Assembly (NCBI GenBank): GCA_040752695.1
Contig: JBFMGO010000006.1
Span: 35,568-99,567 of the forward strand
Length of the DNA: 64,000 nt
Source of the DNA: a bacterium
Lineage (GTDB): Bacteria; SZUA-182; DTGQ01
Direction of reading: 5' to 3'
In this document: piece by piece, positions 29,937 to 40,478 of the stretch
How the letters are laid out: the number at the start of each line of letters is the position of its first letter
Position numbering within the stretch: the stretch's first letter is position 1
Made by a program: the position numbers and the translations under genes
The notes under the pieces: generated by a model
What the model was told of the DNA's origin: nothing
The model's database searches: none
What the model saw: the letters and a program-made list of their open reading frames with translations, nothing else

Positions 29937-32900
29937 ATGAAAAAATATGTAATTTGGGCTGGTTTTGGTTTCGGAATCATCGTACTCCTGGGAGGCTTGC
30001 TGGCTCCTGCACGGCAGGTCAAAGCAATGGAGCATCACATCCATGCTGGTGATGCTGGTGGAAATGCTCAAGTCTGCAAAGCAGACCGTGTTCGATTCTT
30101 TGGTGATGGAAGTATCCAGCGTTATGCCGGCAGCAGTGTATATGGCTATGCCGAAGGCGGCGGTATGCAGGGCTATGCCGAAGGAAGGATGCTGCGCTAT
30201 GCCGAAGGCGGCGTGCAGGGATATGCCGGAGTCAGCATTCAGGGAACAGCCAATGCTGTCAGGAACAGAGGTGTCACCATCGTCCCCCAGGGAACCGATG
30301 CTGGAACCGTTTTTGGGGACTCATTTGCCAAGAGGTTCGCCATCAATAATACACTAAAAGCCATTGTTCCTGACGTTGATCCTCTCCCTGTAGTCGCTGC
30401 CGAGGGGAAAGTAGACCTGTCCGCACCTTTAGCCACCGCGAGCGACGGGGAATCGATCACAGCTACGACCACCGATCCCACAATCTATGTCGTACCCGGC
30501 ATCTATACGGTAACCTGGACTTACGATGACGACTTCGGCAACACGGCAACGCAGAAGCAGACAGTGGTTGTAATGCAGCCATCCGTCCAGCAGGTACCAG
30601 GGGAAGTGACCATTTCCGATAGAAAGGAATCAAACCTGGCAGCCAGGTCAGTCAATATATCCTGGCGGACAAACTTCAACAGTGCGGGAGGAGAGGTGCA
30701 CTATAGTACGGACAGCCAATTAGCGGATTATTTGACTGCGGTCGACAGCCATCCAGGGAAAATCCACCGGGTAGAGCTTCGCGGTTTGAAGCCGGAACAA
30801 ACCTATTATTACGAGATTCAAGCCGGCACCTCTATCGATAACCGGGATGGGCAGTATTATCAATTCACTACTGCTGCGGTGCAGATGCCGTGCCCGAACT
30901 TTTTTATCGGCGGCAGGATCCAAAAAGAAGATCAGAATCCGCTGGCCGGGGCTTTCATATCAGTGACCGTCAGTCACGGCGGAGTTGATTCCTATCCTCT
31001 TTCCACCGTTACGGGCAAGGATGGTTTCTGGGTCTTTAACCTCGCTGATCTTAAAAAATCAACAACCGGTGAGCCTCTTTGCAGCTCTTCCGGTGATTCT
31101 GTTTTAATCGAAGTGCAGAGCGATGATGGATGCTCATTTGCAGATTCAAAACTCGTCTCTGACCTGGTCCAGGCCAGGAATTTCGCCCTTATGGCCCCTG
31201 CCCAGGTTGAAAAACCTGTTTTATCCCCCGCACTCACGGTTTTTACTGATTCTGTTATGGTCTCCATGGATTGTCCTACGGATGGAGCTGCGATCCATTA
31301 TACCCTGGACGGGAGCGAGCCTACCAGGGATTCGCAATTGTATACCGGCCCCCTGATCCTGCGTGGTACAGCTTCCATCAAGGCCGTAGGATGCAAAACG
31401 GACTGGTTGATCAGTGATATCACCCAGGGATTTTACATCCTGGATCAGGACAGGGATGGAATAGCGGATGAATTTGACAACTGCTTCACGGTAGCCAATT
31501 CTTCTCAGACCGATAGTGATGGTGATGGTTTGGGAAATGATTGCGATAATTGCCCGGCAATCGTGAATGCAGGGCAGGAGGATGCCGACGATGACGGCTG
31601 TGGAGATGTCTGCGATTGCAGGCCGCAAGACCCCCAGAGCTATCCGGGAGCCATTGAGCTCTATGACGGCCTGGATAACAACTGTGACCGGATCGTAGAT
31701 GAAGGATTCGCCCCATTTCATATTGACACTGCTGCTCCCCTGATTATCGAGGCTGGCTCAGACTACCTCTACCATTGTCATGTGAAGAGCCCGGTCGATG
31801 CAGACTGGCAATGGAGTCTTGAAAATCTTGAGGGAACGCAAGCGGCTTCTGGTTCAGGCAGCGGGCTGTTCTTCGATCTTTCCATACCGGCAGCACTCCT
31901 TGAGCCCGGTGATTATAATCTCAAACTGAAGGCCCGGGCCAGTAACGGGTATGCAGAAGATACCCAGCGGTCGAAAGTACATGTCAGGGAGATTTCATCG
32001 CTCGAAGGAGATCTGCTCTTAGCCGATTTTGCCGATTCAGCTAATTCAGCTAACCTTACCTGTCCACCTGCCGGTGGTATTCTGCCGGTCAGGATCGACC
32101 TGATCAACAAAGCCAATAACCTCCTGGCGGCCAGTACGGAAGCTGGTCCAGTCAGTATGGAAGCCAGGCCAGCCAGCATCGAAGCCGGACTATCACGCGT
32201 TATTCGTATCGATGTTGACTGCGTCAGTGGACACTATACTGTGCAGGGTCTGGACGAAGGTATCTATACGGTCGTGGTTAAAGACAATACCCCTGACGAC
32301 GACAACCTGTATGCGGATTCAGGGCACTACGGAAGCTTCAGTCCCTCCAGAGAGAATGTACACATTGCTGAAGGCATGAACACTCATACTATTCATCTGA
32401 CCAGGCCGACCCTGGACCAGTGTCTGATTACGGGAGTTGTAGAGGCGGGAGACGGGCAGACTGACCTGCTCCTTTGTGGTTCAGATCTTAACGATACCCA
32501 AAAGAGAATAACCCTCCAGGGAAGTGGCTCCTTTGCCTTCTCCGTTGTTCAGGGAGAATACGGCCTTTTGACCGAAGCAGTCGGCTATCAGGGCTCTTTC
32601 ATACAAATACCGGCTATTGACAAGAGCAGCGCCTGTCCTCTGGACCTTGGACGAATCGCTTTGGTCGAGCAGGTAAAACCATCGGTTTCTATCGTACGGC
32701 AGGATGTGGACCGGAGTGGGAATGAGGATAAGGATGAGGATCAGGATCAGGGTAAGGATAAAGACAGGGGAGAGGACCAGAATGAAGGCCAGGATGCGAA
32801 TCATGAGCTGATTTTAAACTTGCGGTATAATAATCCGGATGGAAAAAGCAGAGACTGGTCTGATCGACGCCTTCAGTTGACCCTGTTTGACAAGGGAGAT

Positions 32901-34169
32901 GATCTTGACCATGACGGTCTTCCTGATGATCCCGAATCACCAAAAGGAGTGACCATCCAGCCCATGACGGTTGACCCTGCACTGGCCGAAAACCCGGTAT
33001 TCCCCATTCAGTACCTTAAGGCCCTGATTCCTCTTGGCAGACTGGATGATCCAGCTCAAGTACAAAATTGTATGACTGAGGTTTCAGACCCCGTCACAAA
33101 CCGCGTGATCGCCTACTATGTTGCTATCCAGGGGAAAATTATCAGTGTTTCTCAGACTCCGGGTATAAACAGTGCCGGTTCTACTGCCGGTTCCACGGAT
33201 ACTCCTGAGGCTGGCTCAGAAGTATTGGCCACCTTCACCCATATCTTCAGGGTTGACCGGCCGTCCTTACCGTTACAGCAGAATAAGCCGGTGACTCAGA
33301 CCGTAGAGACACTCGACCTTGCCGCCATGACCAGCAAGACGGATATACCTGTGGTGATGGCCCTGAATGCGGGAATGGCAGGCGGTCTCAAAGGGGAAAG
33401 CAGCGGGAGCGGGATTTTAGTGAAAACATCTTTTAATGCAGCTAATATGAATCCTGCCTTACTGGCCAGTGTCGATGATGAGGGGAACAAGAATCAGCCG
33501 CTCGATCTGAATCAACAAGATAATCTGAAACTTACCCTGAAGATCGAATGCAAGGAAAATCCTGATGATCCTGAGAGTACGATGGTCGATATACAATTTA
33601 TGGACTCCGACGGCAAAAGAGTGGAATACAATCCTCCGGATCCTCAAACCGGCCTGCGGAACCGGAACGCAGAGCCGATCATTATCTTTATCCCGCTCCA
33701 TCAGGCCCTTCAGAAAAAGATCCATGAGCCTGACGTGACTCTGGCCGATATCGAGGCCCTTATTGCCAGAACTTCGGCTGATTTTGAGCTGACCAACGGC
33801 AAGTGGCAGCCGAAAATCGGCCTGTATGGCATTTATTTTAAGGGATCAAACGGCAAGCCTGAAGTGTTCCGCCCAGATCCTGACGCAGGCGAGAGAATCG
33901 ATATCACGGCCTCCGAAGAAGGGGTCCTCCTGGCCAGGGTGATGGCGGGACATACCAGTGCGTGGTTTGTCTCATTCTCCGCTCCGACCGGAGACATGAA
34001 CAACGACGGAATCGTCACTCCCGCTGATTCCCTTACCGCTTTCCGGTGCTACCTTGGAGCAGGCTCCTCCTGTAACCGTGCTGATGTCAATCTCGATGGT
34101 ACTATTACGCCAAGCGATGCACTGTGCATCTTCAAAAGATACTTGGGATTACCTAATTGCATGAAGTGA
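29937..34169 (+). CDS. Secreted multidomain protein: HYR-like, FN3/PAP-N-like, Fn3-associated (CHB_HEX_C-like), thrombospondin type-3, MopE-like repeat, C-terminal dockerin
   Basis: Signal peptide; [84 protein letters not shown] and [15 protein letters not shown]. Confidence 0.85.
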   Translation: MKKYVIWAGFGFGIIVLLGGLLAPARQVKAMEHHIHAGDAGGNAQVCKADRVRFFGDGSIQRYAGSSVYGYAEGGGMQGYAEGRMLRYAEGGVQGYAGVSIQGTANAVRNRGVTIVPQGTDAGTVFGDSFAKRFAINNTLKAIVPDVDPLPVVAAEGKVDLSAPLATASDGESITATTTDPTIYVVPGIYTVTWTYDDDFGNTATQKQTVVVMQPSVQQVPGEVTISDRKESNLAARSVNISWRTNFNSAGGEVHYSTDSQLADYLTAVDSHPGKIHRVELRGLKPEQTYYYEIQAGTSIDNRDGQYYQFTTAAVQMPCPNFFIGGRIQKEDQNPLAGAFISVTVSHGGVDSYPLSTVTGKDGFWVFNLADLKKSTTGEPLCSSSGDSVLIEVQSDDGCSFADSKLVSDLVQARNFALMAPAQVEKPVLSPALTVFTDSVMVSMDCPTDGAAIHYTLDGSEPTRDSQLYTGPLILRGTASIKAVGCKTDWLISDITQGFYILDQDRDGIADEFDNCFTVANSSQTDSDGDGLGNDCDNCPAIVNAGQEDADDDGCGDVCDCRPQDPQSYPGAIELYDGLDNNCDRIVDEGFAPFHIDTAAPLIIEAGSDYLYHCHVKSPVDADWQWSLENLEGTQAASGSGSGLFFDLSIPAALLEPGDYNLKLKARASNGYAEDTQRSKVHVREISSLEGDLLLADFADSANSANLTCPPAGGILPVRIDLINKANNLLAASTEAGPVSMEARPASIEAGLSRVIRIDVDCVSGHYTVQGLDEGIYTVVVKDNTPDDDNLYADSGHYGSFSPSRENVHIAEGMNTHTIHLTRPTLDQCLITGVVEAGDGQTDLLLCGSDLNDTQKRITLQGSGSFAFSVVQGEYGLLTEAVGYQGSFIQIPAIDKSSACPLDLGRIALVEQVKPSVSIVRQDVDRSGNEDKDEDQDQGKDKDRGEDQNEGQDANHELILNLRYNNPDGKSRDWSDRRLQLTLFDKGDDLDHDGLPDDPESPKGVTIQPMTVDPALAENPVFPIQYLKALIPLGRLDDPAQVQNCMTEVSDPVTNRVIAYYVAIQGKIISVSQTPGINSAGSTAGSTDTPEAGSEVLATFTHIFRVDRPSLPLQQNKPVTQTVETLDLAAMTSKTDIPVVMALNAGMAGGLKGESSGSGILVKTSFNAANMNPALLASVDDEGNKNQPLDLNQQDNLKLTLKIECKENPDDPESTMVDIQFMDSDGKRVEYNPPDPQTGLRNRNAEPIIIFIPLHQALQKKIHEPDVTLADIEALIARTSADFELTNGKWQPKIGLYGIYFKGSNGKPEVFRPDPDAGERIDITASEEGVLLARVMAGHTSAWFVSFSAPTGDMNNDGIVTPADSLTAFRCYLGAGSSCNRADVNLDGTITPSDALCIFKRYLGLPNCMK

Positions 34170-34365
34170 TTTGGGTTGACCTTGCTTGATCTTGGCTTGG
34201 ATTTGGGTTTGCTTGATCTTGTCTCATTTGGTTGTGCGATTGTTGCATTGTCCGATTGTTGTATTGTCCGATTGTTGCATTATTCGGTTGGCTGCATTAT
34301 TCGATTGGTCGTATTGAGCGATTGGGTTGTATTGAGCGGTTGGTTGTATTATTCGATTGTTGCTG
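34170..34365. repeat. Low-complexity TTG/GATTG-rich simple repeats
   Basis: CGATTGTT/GCATTGTC-type 8-mers after the stop codon. Confidence 0.65.
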
Positions 34366-34373
34366 TGATTTCC

Positions 34374-34406
34374 AAGATGCCCCCCATTTTATGGGGGGCA
34401 TCTTTC
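34374..34406 (+). terminator. Rho-independent terminator
   Basis: AAGATGCCCCCCAT-TTT-ATGGGGGGCATCTT followed by TCT. Confidence 0.7.
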
Positions 34407-34835
34407 TATGGGGAAGTATCCGGAATAGTTCTCTCGCTGACAATAGACATCATTCTCGGCGCTCGCAGAGAGTCGCCTCTTACGATCGGCCGCTTATAGC
34501 GGTTTTCATTTGATAAAATGAAAGGCTCCTTGCCAACCTGCACTGAGTCATCCTCCCTTTTCCAAAGGCATCCCCCCTTTCGTAAAGGGGGCTGGGGGGA
34601 ATTTTTTAACTCATATAACATTATTAAGGTAAAAATGTTCTTGTACTATTCTCTTTATGAATCATTATGCAATTTATTTCGTTGCTAATCAAATTTCCCC
34701 TATGGTAGGATAGTATAAATGACAACGTAAGAACGCACCGAATATCGTTGAGCGCATGTTGAGCTCATTTTTCTACCTCTATTGAGCTCGTTTTTCTATC
34801 TCTTGTGCAAAAAAACGGTCGGGGAGGAACAATGG

Positions 34836-37800
34836 ATGAACCAAAGAATGGTTCAGATCAGGTTTGAAAGACAGGGCGAAGGGTACAGAAGAATTATTGA
34901 GATTCCCGACGGAAAAACGTTTATTGAGGATAACCTTATTCTGCCAAAGGAGTGGCATTCTCCGGAACCCTGGCCATGGGTAAGGCCATTCCATGAATAT
35001 TCGCGTGAGGAATTGGATGTTGAGGGAAGAGAGTTAGGTGCTTATCTGCTTGGCCAGGAAGGTGCTGCTTATGTCAGGGAGCAGCAGCAGTCTTTTACGC
35101 CCCTGCAGATTGTGATCCTGGAGAGCCGGGACGCACCTGAACTGGCCAAAGTGCCCTGGGAGTTTGCCTGCATCGGAGATAAGTTTCTTGCCACGAATCC
35201 CTCTACTCCGATTATTCGGCGGCTCGATTATATACAGTTGAAAGACCAGCTCAGAATTCAGAACCCCTTGAGGCTGGCTCTGGCCTCTGCTGCACCGAAG
35301 GGTTATGATACGCTCGTCGTGGAAGAAGAGCTCGTTACTGTTGCTCTGGCTCTGGGTGATCAGATGATTGAGGGAAGGATCGTTGTCGATGAGGTGCTTC
35401 ACTGTAGCCGCGAAAAACTCAGTGAACTCTTTCGAAGCAGATCCTACGATATTATCTTCTTCACAGGCCACGGATACCTTTCGGATTCCGTTGCCGATCA
35501 TACTGATTTTACTGATAATCATACTGATGATTCTGCTCTTGATCATACCAGTTCTGCTTCCGGGCATATTGGGCCTGCTTCCGGTCATACCAGTTTTACT
35601 GCTGGTCATACCGGCTGCCTGCTCCTAGAGACGTCTGATGGTGATGCTGACCCGGTTTCCGGTTACGAATTTTGGTCTCTCCTGCACAGGCAGAAGGATC
35701 TTAGCCTGGTTTTTCTCAACTGCTGCAATGCTACGGCTGTAAGTAAGACCGATAGCGAAGGGTGGCAGGCCTTTGGGGATGTGGCCAGATTGGTACTGTC
35801 TTTGGGGGTGCCGGATGTCATTGTTACCCAGGCTGCGACTTTTGACGCGATGGGCAGGTCTGGTATGGCAGGCAGGTCAGGTATGGCAGACAGGTCTGAT
35901 GCGGCGGTCGACCCAAATGCGGCAGGCAGGCCGGACCGGATACCGGATGAGGCAGGTAGAATAGATGGTGCAGGCAGGCCGGACCGGATGATGGGTGAGG
36001 CAGGCAGGCCGGATGGGATGCTGGACAATACGGGCAGAATAGAAGAGGCAAACCATCTGGATGGGATGCTGGATGATGCAGGCAGAGCACATGAGGCTGG
36101 CTGGCTGGGTGGGATGCTGGATGATGCGGGCAGGAAGGTCATGAAGGCATTCTGCAGGGAGATTTGCCTTTGCCTTGATGGCAGCGGCTCCAATGGTGGC
36201 AGCTCTCACGGCTTTTGCATAGCCAAGGCGCTCGGTCAGGCCCGCAGCGTGGTCGAGGCTGATCCCATCCAGTTCCATGACTTCTATCATTTCGTTCACC
36301 TCTCGGCGCTGGCTGCTGAAGTGAAAATCAAGATTCAAAGAGCCGGCGATGAGGAAGAGGAGTCCAGCCGGAGTAACTGGCGAGACCGGGTTACCTCTCG
36401 CACTCCGAACTATATGCCTCTTGACGGAAGCTTCATCGGCCGTTTTTTCTTCGTTTCCCGGATTGAGAATGCGTGGTGGAGTGAGTCGGCTAAGGTAGTC
36501 GGCATATATGGCCCTGAGGGCATCGGCAAGACCTTTCTCTGCAACCGAATGGAGGAGCGGGCACTCTCGCACTATCTTCCGGCCAGGCGACTTGAGAGGA
36601 GTATCTGGATCGATTTCCAGGATGGCGTTGGCAGTACCCTGGCCGGTTTCCTGACCCAGTTGATCGGCCTGGCCCATGACCTTGGGTTCTCAACCTACCA
36701 GGACGCACTTGATGCCATTCCTGGTGCCAGCCCTGCACCTAGTATCAGCCCTGCTGGCAGCCCTGTTGCTACCAGCCTTGATGGCACCAGCCCTGCTGCC
36801 ACTCCTTCTGGCAGCCCTTCTGCCATCCTTGCTGATATTCCTGATACCAGGCTTGACATCGGTTCTGCTGATGCTCCTGGTACCAGTTCTGCTAATGCTC
36901 TTGGTACCGGTTCTGCTGACGCTCCTGATACTGCCCCCGATGCAAGGCCGGTTTTTTCCATGCCGGAGGAGAAGCTCAAGCCTCTGATCGAGCATCTGAA
37001 GAGAGCATCTGATGAGAAATTCCTGCTCGTCCTTGATAATATGGAAACCATTATTGATGAGCGGGGAATTTTTCATGATCCGGAATTGGGTGCCTGGATC
37101 AGGGAGCTTTTGATACAAACACCGTCTTCATGGAAGGTACTGGTGACCTGCCGGCATCGGTTCTCCTTTTTTCCTGATAACCGTCAAGCGGTCAAAACCA
37201 TATGGTTGAACCTCGACGAGTTTGGTTATACCGAAAGGATATGCCTGGTCAATCAGCAGACAGAGCTTCGAAGACGCTCGGATAAGGTTAAGGCAGAGAT
37301 GATCAGGCTGGCTGGAGGCCATCCCTATCTAGCCAGGCTGGTGATCGAATACCTGCAAAGACACCCTGTCGTGCCGCATGATCTGCCAACAGCCTTAATC
37401 GTGCCGCATGATCAGTTCGCAGACTCGACTGTATCACAGAACTTGCCTCCAGCATCAACTCTCCCGCAGGACCTGCCCGTACCATCAAATGAAGTGGCTA
37501 CCCATGCCCGGCTCGACTGGTTTCTCTCCCTGCTCACAACCGAGGATCGCGACTGGCTCTTTATCATCGCTGCACTTCCGCCCCCCAGACCGGCAGATGG
37601 AATTGTGCTGGCCAGAGCTATCCGTGATTCGGTCGACGAGCTTCAGGTACTGGAGGACAGTTTTCATGCGTCCCTGCGCAAGCTGATCGATCTTTGCCTG
37701 ATCAGCATTGACGATGAAGGCTCCTTACACCTTCATCCCCTCATTGTCAGTCAACTGCTGCACAACCCGGCGAGCAGGTTCTGCCATTCACCCCTGGAAA

Positions 37801-38522
37801 TCAGAAAAATGTACCAGGCTGTCGGCGATTTATTTTACCTTCTCTCCGACCAGGTAAGCGATCAACCGGGCAAGACCAGGGTACTTTTCCAAGGGCTTGG
37901 CCCTGTTCTGGCCCAGGATGACACCGAGCTCATAAACGCCTATGTCTACGAATGTGCAGTGGTTTTCCATGGATTTGTCCCTGTTTCGGTGTTCAGCGAC
38001 TTTGTCCGGAGGGTAGAGGATATTCTCTTTGAGAAGGCGGATGAGGACTCATTTTACACCCTTGGCCTGTGCGCTCAGACCCTGCTGGACATGAAACAAC
38101 TGCCGACGGCTTTATCCATGCTCGAAAGGATGCGTGCCAACGACCGGCTGCCGGACGTGCTGCGGGGCAAAGTGCTGCACGCTATGGGCATGATCCATCA
38201 GGAACAGCAGGAGTGGGAACCGGCGCTCGAAAGCTACCAACTTGCTCTGGAGTGGAACGAGAAAACCGGCAATCGGGCGGAACTGGGTGGAACCTACTAC
38301 CAGATCGGTCTGATTCGCGAAGAGCAGGGCGAGTTCTCAATGGCCCTGTCAGCTTTCAGCAACGGACTGGCCATATCCCTCAAGACCGACTGCGACGAGG
38401 GAATAACCAAAAACCTTGCCTCCTTGCGAAGAATCATGCCACGGGTAACGGCCGAAGAGATTGAAGGGCTTAAGGCTATCCTGCCTGAAGAGGCTTTCCG
38501 GAAAGTGACTGGAAGGCAATGA
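34836..38522 (+). CDS. CHAT (caspase-like) protease - STAND/NB-ARC-like NTPase - TPR protein
   Basis: VPWEF, IIFFTGHG, LVFLNCC; Walker A GPEGIGKT, Walker B LLVLDNME, VLVTCR, GGHPYL; C-terminal TPRs; ATG 34836 after GGAGG. Confidence 0.88.
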   Translation: MNQRMVQIRFERQGEGYRRIIEIPDGKTFIEDNLILPKEWHSPEPWPWVRPFHEYSREELDVEGRELGAYLLGQEGAAYVREQQQSFTPLQIVILESRDAPELAKVPWEFACIGDKFLATNPSTPIIRRLDYIQLKDQLRIQNPLRLALASAAPKGYDTLVVEEELVTVALALGDQMIEGRIVVDEVLHCSREKLSELFRSRSYDIIFFTGHGYLSDSVADHTDFTDNHTDDSALDHTSSASGHIGPASGHTSFTAGHTGCLLLETSDGDADPVSGYEFWSLLHRQKDLSLVFLNCCNATAVSKTDSEGWQAFGDVARLVLSLGVPDVIVTQAATFDAMGRSGMAGRSGMADRSDAAVDPNAAGRPDRIPDEAGRIDGAGRPDRMMGEAGRPDGMLDNTGRIEEANHLDGMLDDAGRAHEAGWLGGMLDDAGRKVMKAFCREICLCLDGSGSNGGSSHGFCIAKALGQARSVVEADPIQFHDFYHFVHLSALAAEVKIKIQRAGDEEEESSRSNWRDRVTSRTPNYMPLDGSFIGRFFFVSRIENAWWSESAKVVGIYGPEGIGKTFLCNRMEERALSHYLPARRLERSIWIDFQDGVGSTLAGFLTQLIGLAHDLGFSTYQDALDAIPGASPAPSISPAGSPVATSLDGTSPAATPSGSPSAILADIPDTRLDIGSADAPGTSSANALGTGSADAPDTAPDARPVFSMPEEKLKPLIEHLKRASDEKFLLVLDNMETIIDERGIFHDPELGAWIRELLIQTPSSWKVLVTCRHRFSFFPDNRQAVKTIWLNLDEFGYTERICLVNQQTELRRRSDKVKAEMIRLAGGHPYLARLVIEYLQRHPVVPHDLPTALIVPHDQFADSTVSQNLPPASTLPQDLPVPSNEVATHARLDWFLSLLTTEDRDWLFIIAALPPPRPADGIVLARAIRDSVDELQVLEDSFHASLRKLIDLCLISIDDEGSLHLHPLIVSQLLHNPASRFCHSPLEIRKMYQAVGDLFYLLSDQVSDQPGKTRVLFQGLGPVLAQDDTELINAYVYECAVVFHGFVPVSVFSDFVRRVEDILFEKADEDSFYTLGLCAQTLLDMKQLPTALSMLERMRANDRLPDVLRGKVLHAMGMIHQEQQEWEPALESYQLALEWNEKTGNRAELGGTYYQIGLIREEQGEFSMALSAFSNGLAISLKTDCDEGITKNLASLRRIMPRVTAEEIEGLKAILPEEAFRKVTGRQ

Positions 38523-38644
38523 CCGGCATGGCAGGAAGAAGCAGGAAGAAGCAGGAAGAAGCAGGCAGAAGTGGGCACTGAATAGATAGAAAGGAAGCAT
38601 TACCTGATTGTTACAACCGTATTCCTCACTTCTGCATCACACTG

Positions 38645-38717
38645 CGTCATTCCCGCGAAAGCTCAGAATCCAGGGTCTTACCGGGCTTCTGGATTCTGAG
38701 CCTACGCGGGAATGACG
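38645..38717. repeat. dRS3/REP-like inverted repeat pair
   Basis: CGTCATTCCCGCG..CTCAGAATCCAG / CTGGATTCTGAG..CGCGGGAATGACG. Confidence 0.8.
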
Positions 38718-38834
38718 ATTGCTGTACATAGTGGGGCCGGTTGTAAGACATGGTTCTGATATCCGTAACAAACTGATAATGCACCCCACAGGTAGTAAAC
38801 GCAAAAGGGGGGCGGCCAAGGGGACCATTCCCCC

Positions 38835-39008
38835 TTGGTTGCGATCTTGGCGGCGTTGATTTTTCGTAGAGCCGATCTCGAAGGAGCCGATCTTCGCAAA
38901 GCCGATCTCGAAAGTGCCAACTTTGAAGGGTCCACGCTGGGAAGTGTACGGCTCGAAGGTGCCAGGAATATTCCCGATGGCCTATTGAAGCAGTTGAAGC
39001 AGGAGTAA
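38835..39008 (+). pseudogene. Pentapeptide-repeat protein fragment
   Basis: Manual translation gives ...FRRADLEGADLRKADLESANFEGSTLGSVRLEGARN...*; only 57 codons and no good start. Confidence 0.6.
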
Positions 39009-39282
39009 CTCAGGGCTCACCGCATTTACCAAATCCAGGATCATTGTCCAGATTTGCAGATTATCCCCACTCACATCCTTCCGTAGTCTTCTGTCTTTGT
39101 TGGTCCCTCTCCCCCCAAGGAGGAACCAGTGAAATTTTGTTTTTGATTGAGTCTTGCCAGGGGGTAATTCAATTTTTATAGACTACCCGATGTTTTTGTA
39201 TCCGAAAGGTAATGATAATTGGTGATTCCTTATACGAGATCAAGTACGAAATAAATTCCGTAAATTTCAGAAGGGGGGTAAA

Positions 39283-39954
39283 TTGAAAAAGATTGCCAGT
39301 CTTTCGATACATATGTTTTCTACCTTCATGTTCATGTTTATGTTTCTATCTATGCCTATGGTTACGCTTTCATGTTTTGCACAAGGAACAGAGCTTGCAC
39401 AAGAAGCAGAGCTTGCAGAAAGAGCAGAACTTGCGCAAGGAGCAGATCTTGCAGAAGAGGCAGTATGCCCTGATAAAACATTCATCTGTCCTTTGGGGGA
39501 TGAAATTTCGATACGCTTATGCTGGGATTGGGATATTTTAAGCTGCCAGATGTGCAGTTTCATAGAAGATGAAGTAGATGAAAAATGCGAACATCCCAAT
39601 TGCTCTGAAGAGTGGCTAGACCGTTCGGACGGGTGCAGCGCTCCGGTATTTTCCGAAGAAATGACAGAAATATTTGGAGATGCCTGTTACATACATGACC
39701 TTTGTTATTCTTCGCCTGGCCAGGCCAAATCTGACTGTGACAGAGAATTTCTTTCCAACATGCTGCAAGTATGCAGTTTTCCCGGAGTTCCTAATATGAT
39801 AGGGGGAGAGACATGTCAAACTGCTGCCCAGATTGCTTACAGAGCCGTTGTCGAGTTTGCCCAAAGTTATTACGATAAGGATCAGGTATGGGTAGAAGAT
39901 CACTGTTATGATGGTCCTTGGGAAGAAGATATATGCTCTGATTCTGATTTATGA
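39283..39954 (+). CDS. Secreted Cys-rich phospholipase A2-like protein
   Basis: Signal peptide; DGCSAP...F..ACYIHDLCY...K.DCD.EF..NM...C sPLA2 His-Asp signature. Confidence 0.7.
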   Translation: MKKIASLSIHMFSTFMFMFMFLSMPMVTLSCFAQGTELAQEAELAERAELAQGADLAEEAVCPDKTFICPLGDEISIRLCWDWDILSCQMCSFIEDEVDEKCEHPNCSEEWLDRSDGCSAPVFSEEMTEIFGDACYIHDLCYSSPGQAKSDCDREFLSNMLQVCSFPGVPNMIGGETCQTAAQIAYRAVVEFAQSYYDKDQVWVEDHCYDGPWEEDICSDSDL

Positions 39955-40478
39955 GAGTCACTCCCCTCACCCGCCACAGGGGTTTCCTCTCAGTCAATCC
40001 CGTGAAGACGGGAATCCAGAAGCCCTTGAACAGACTGGATTCTAAGCTCTCCGCTTAATGCCTGCCTAGGACAGACTTCGCTCAGAATAACGGTTGGACG
40101 GATTCTTTCTTAAACTTGTCCTGAGCAGGTTTTAAGCGGGGAAGTGTCAGCTAAAAGGACAAGATCACCCGGATGCGTAATTTCTGCGATGTATACCTCT
40201 ATCCCGGCCATCTAGCTGGCTCCTCTCCTTTGTCTGGTCATCTGCCAGACCATCCTCCCGGCGTCTGCCCGGGCCACCCTCCCGGCTTTCTGCCTGGATC
40301 GTACTCCTAATCCGGCCATCCGCCGGGCACCTGCACTCAGGCCAGTCACCTGCACTCAGGCCAGTCACTCCTCTGGCACCATTCCACGTCCAATCACCTA
40401 TCCGGCTCTCATTCCTGGTCAATCAGCCGACTCCCTGCCGCCTGGTCATGTTCCTGACTCTCTGCCTGGCTCGCGCTC

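Noticed and set aside
34176..34621. ORFs 34176-34499, 34232-34513 and 34406-34621
   Set aside because: They span low-complexity repeats, a terminator and hairpin elements.
40165..40422. 85-aa minus-strand ORF after the P-type ATPase
   Set aside because: It lies in a degenerate C/T-rich tandem repeat tract and has no family signal.
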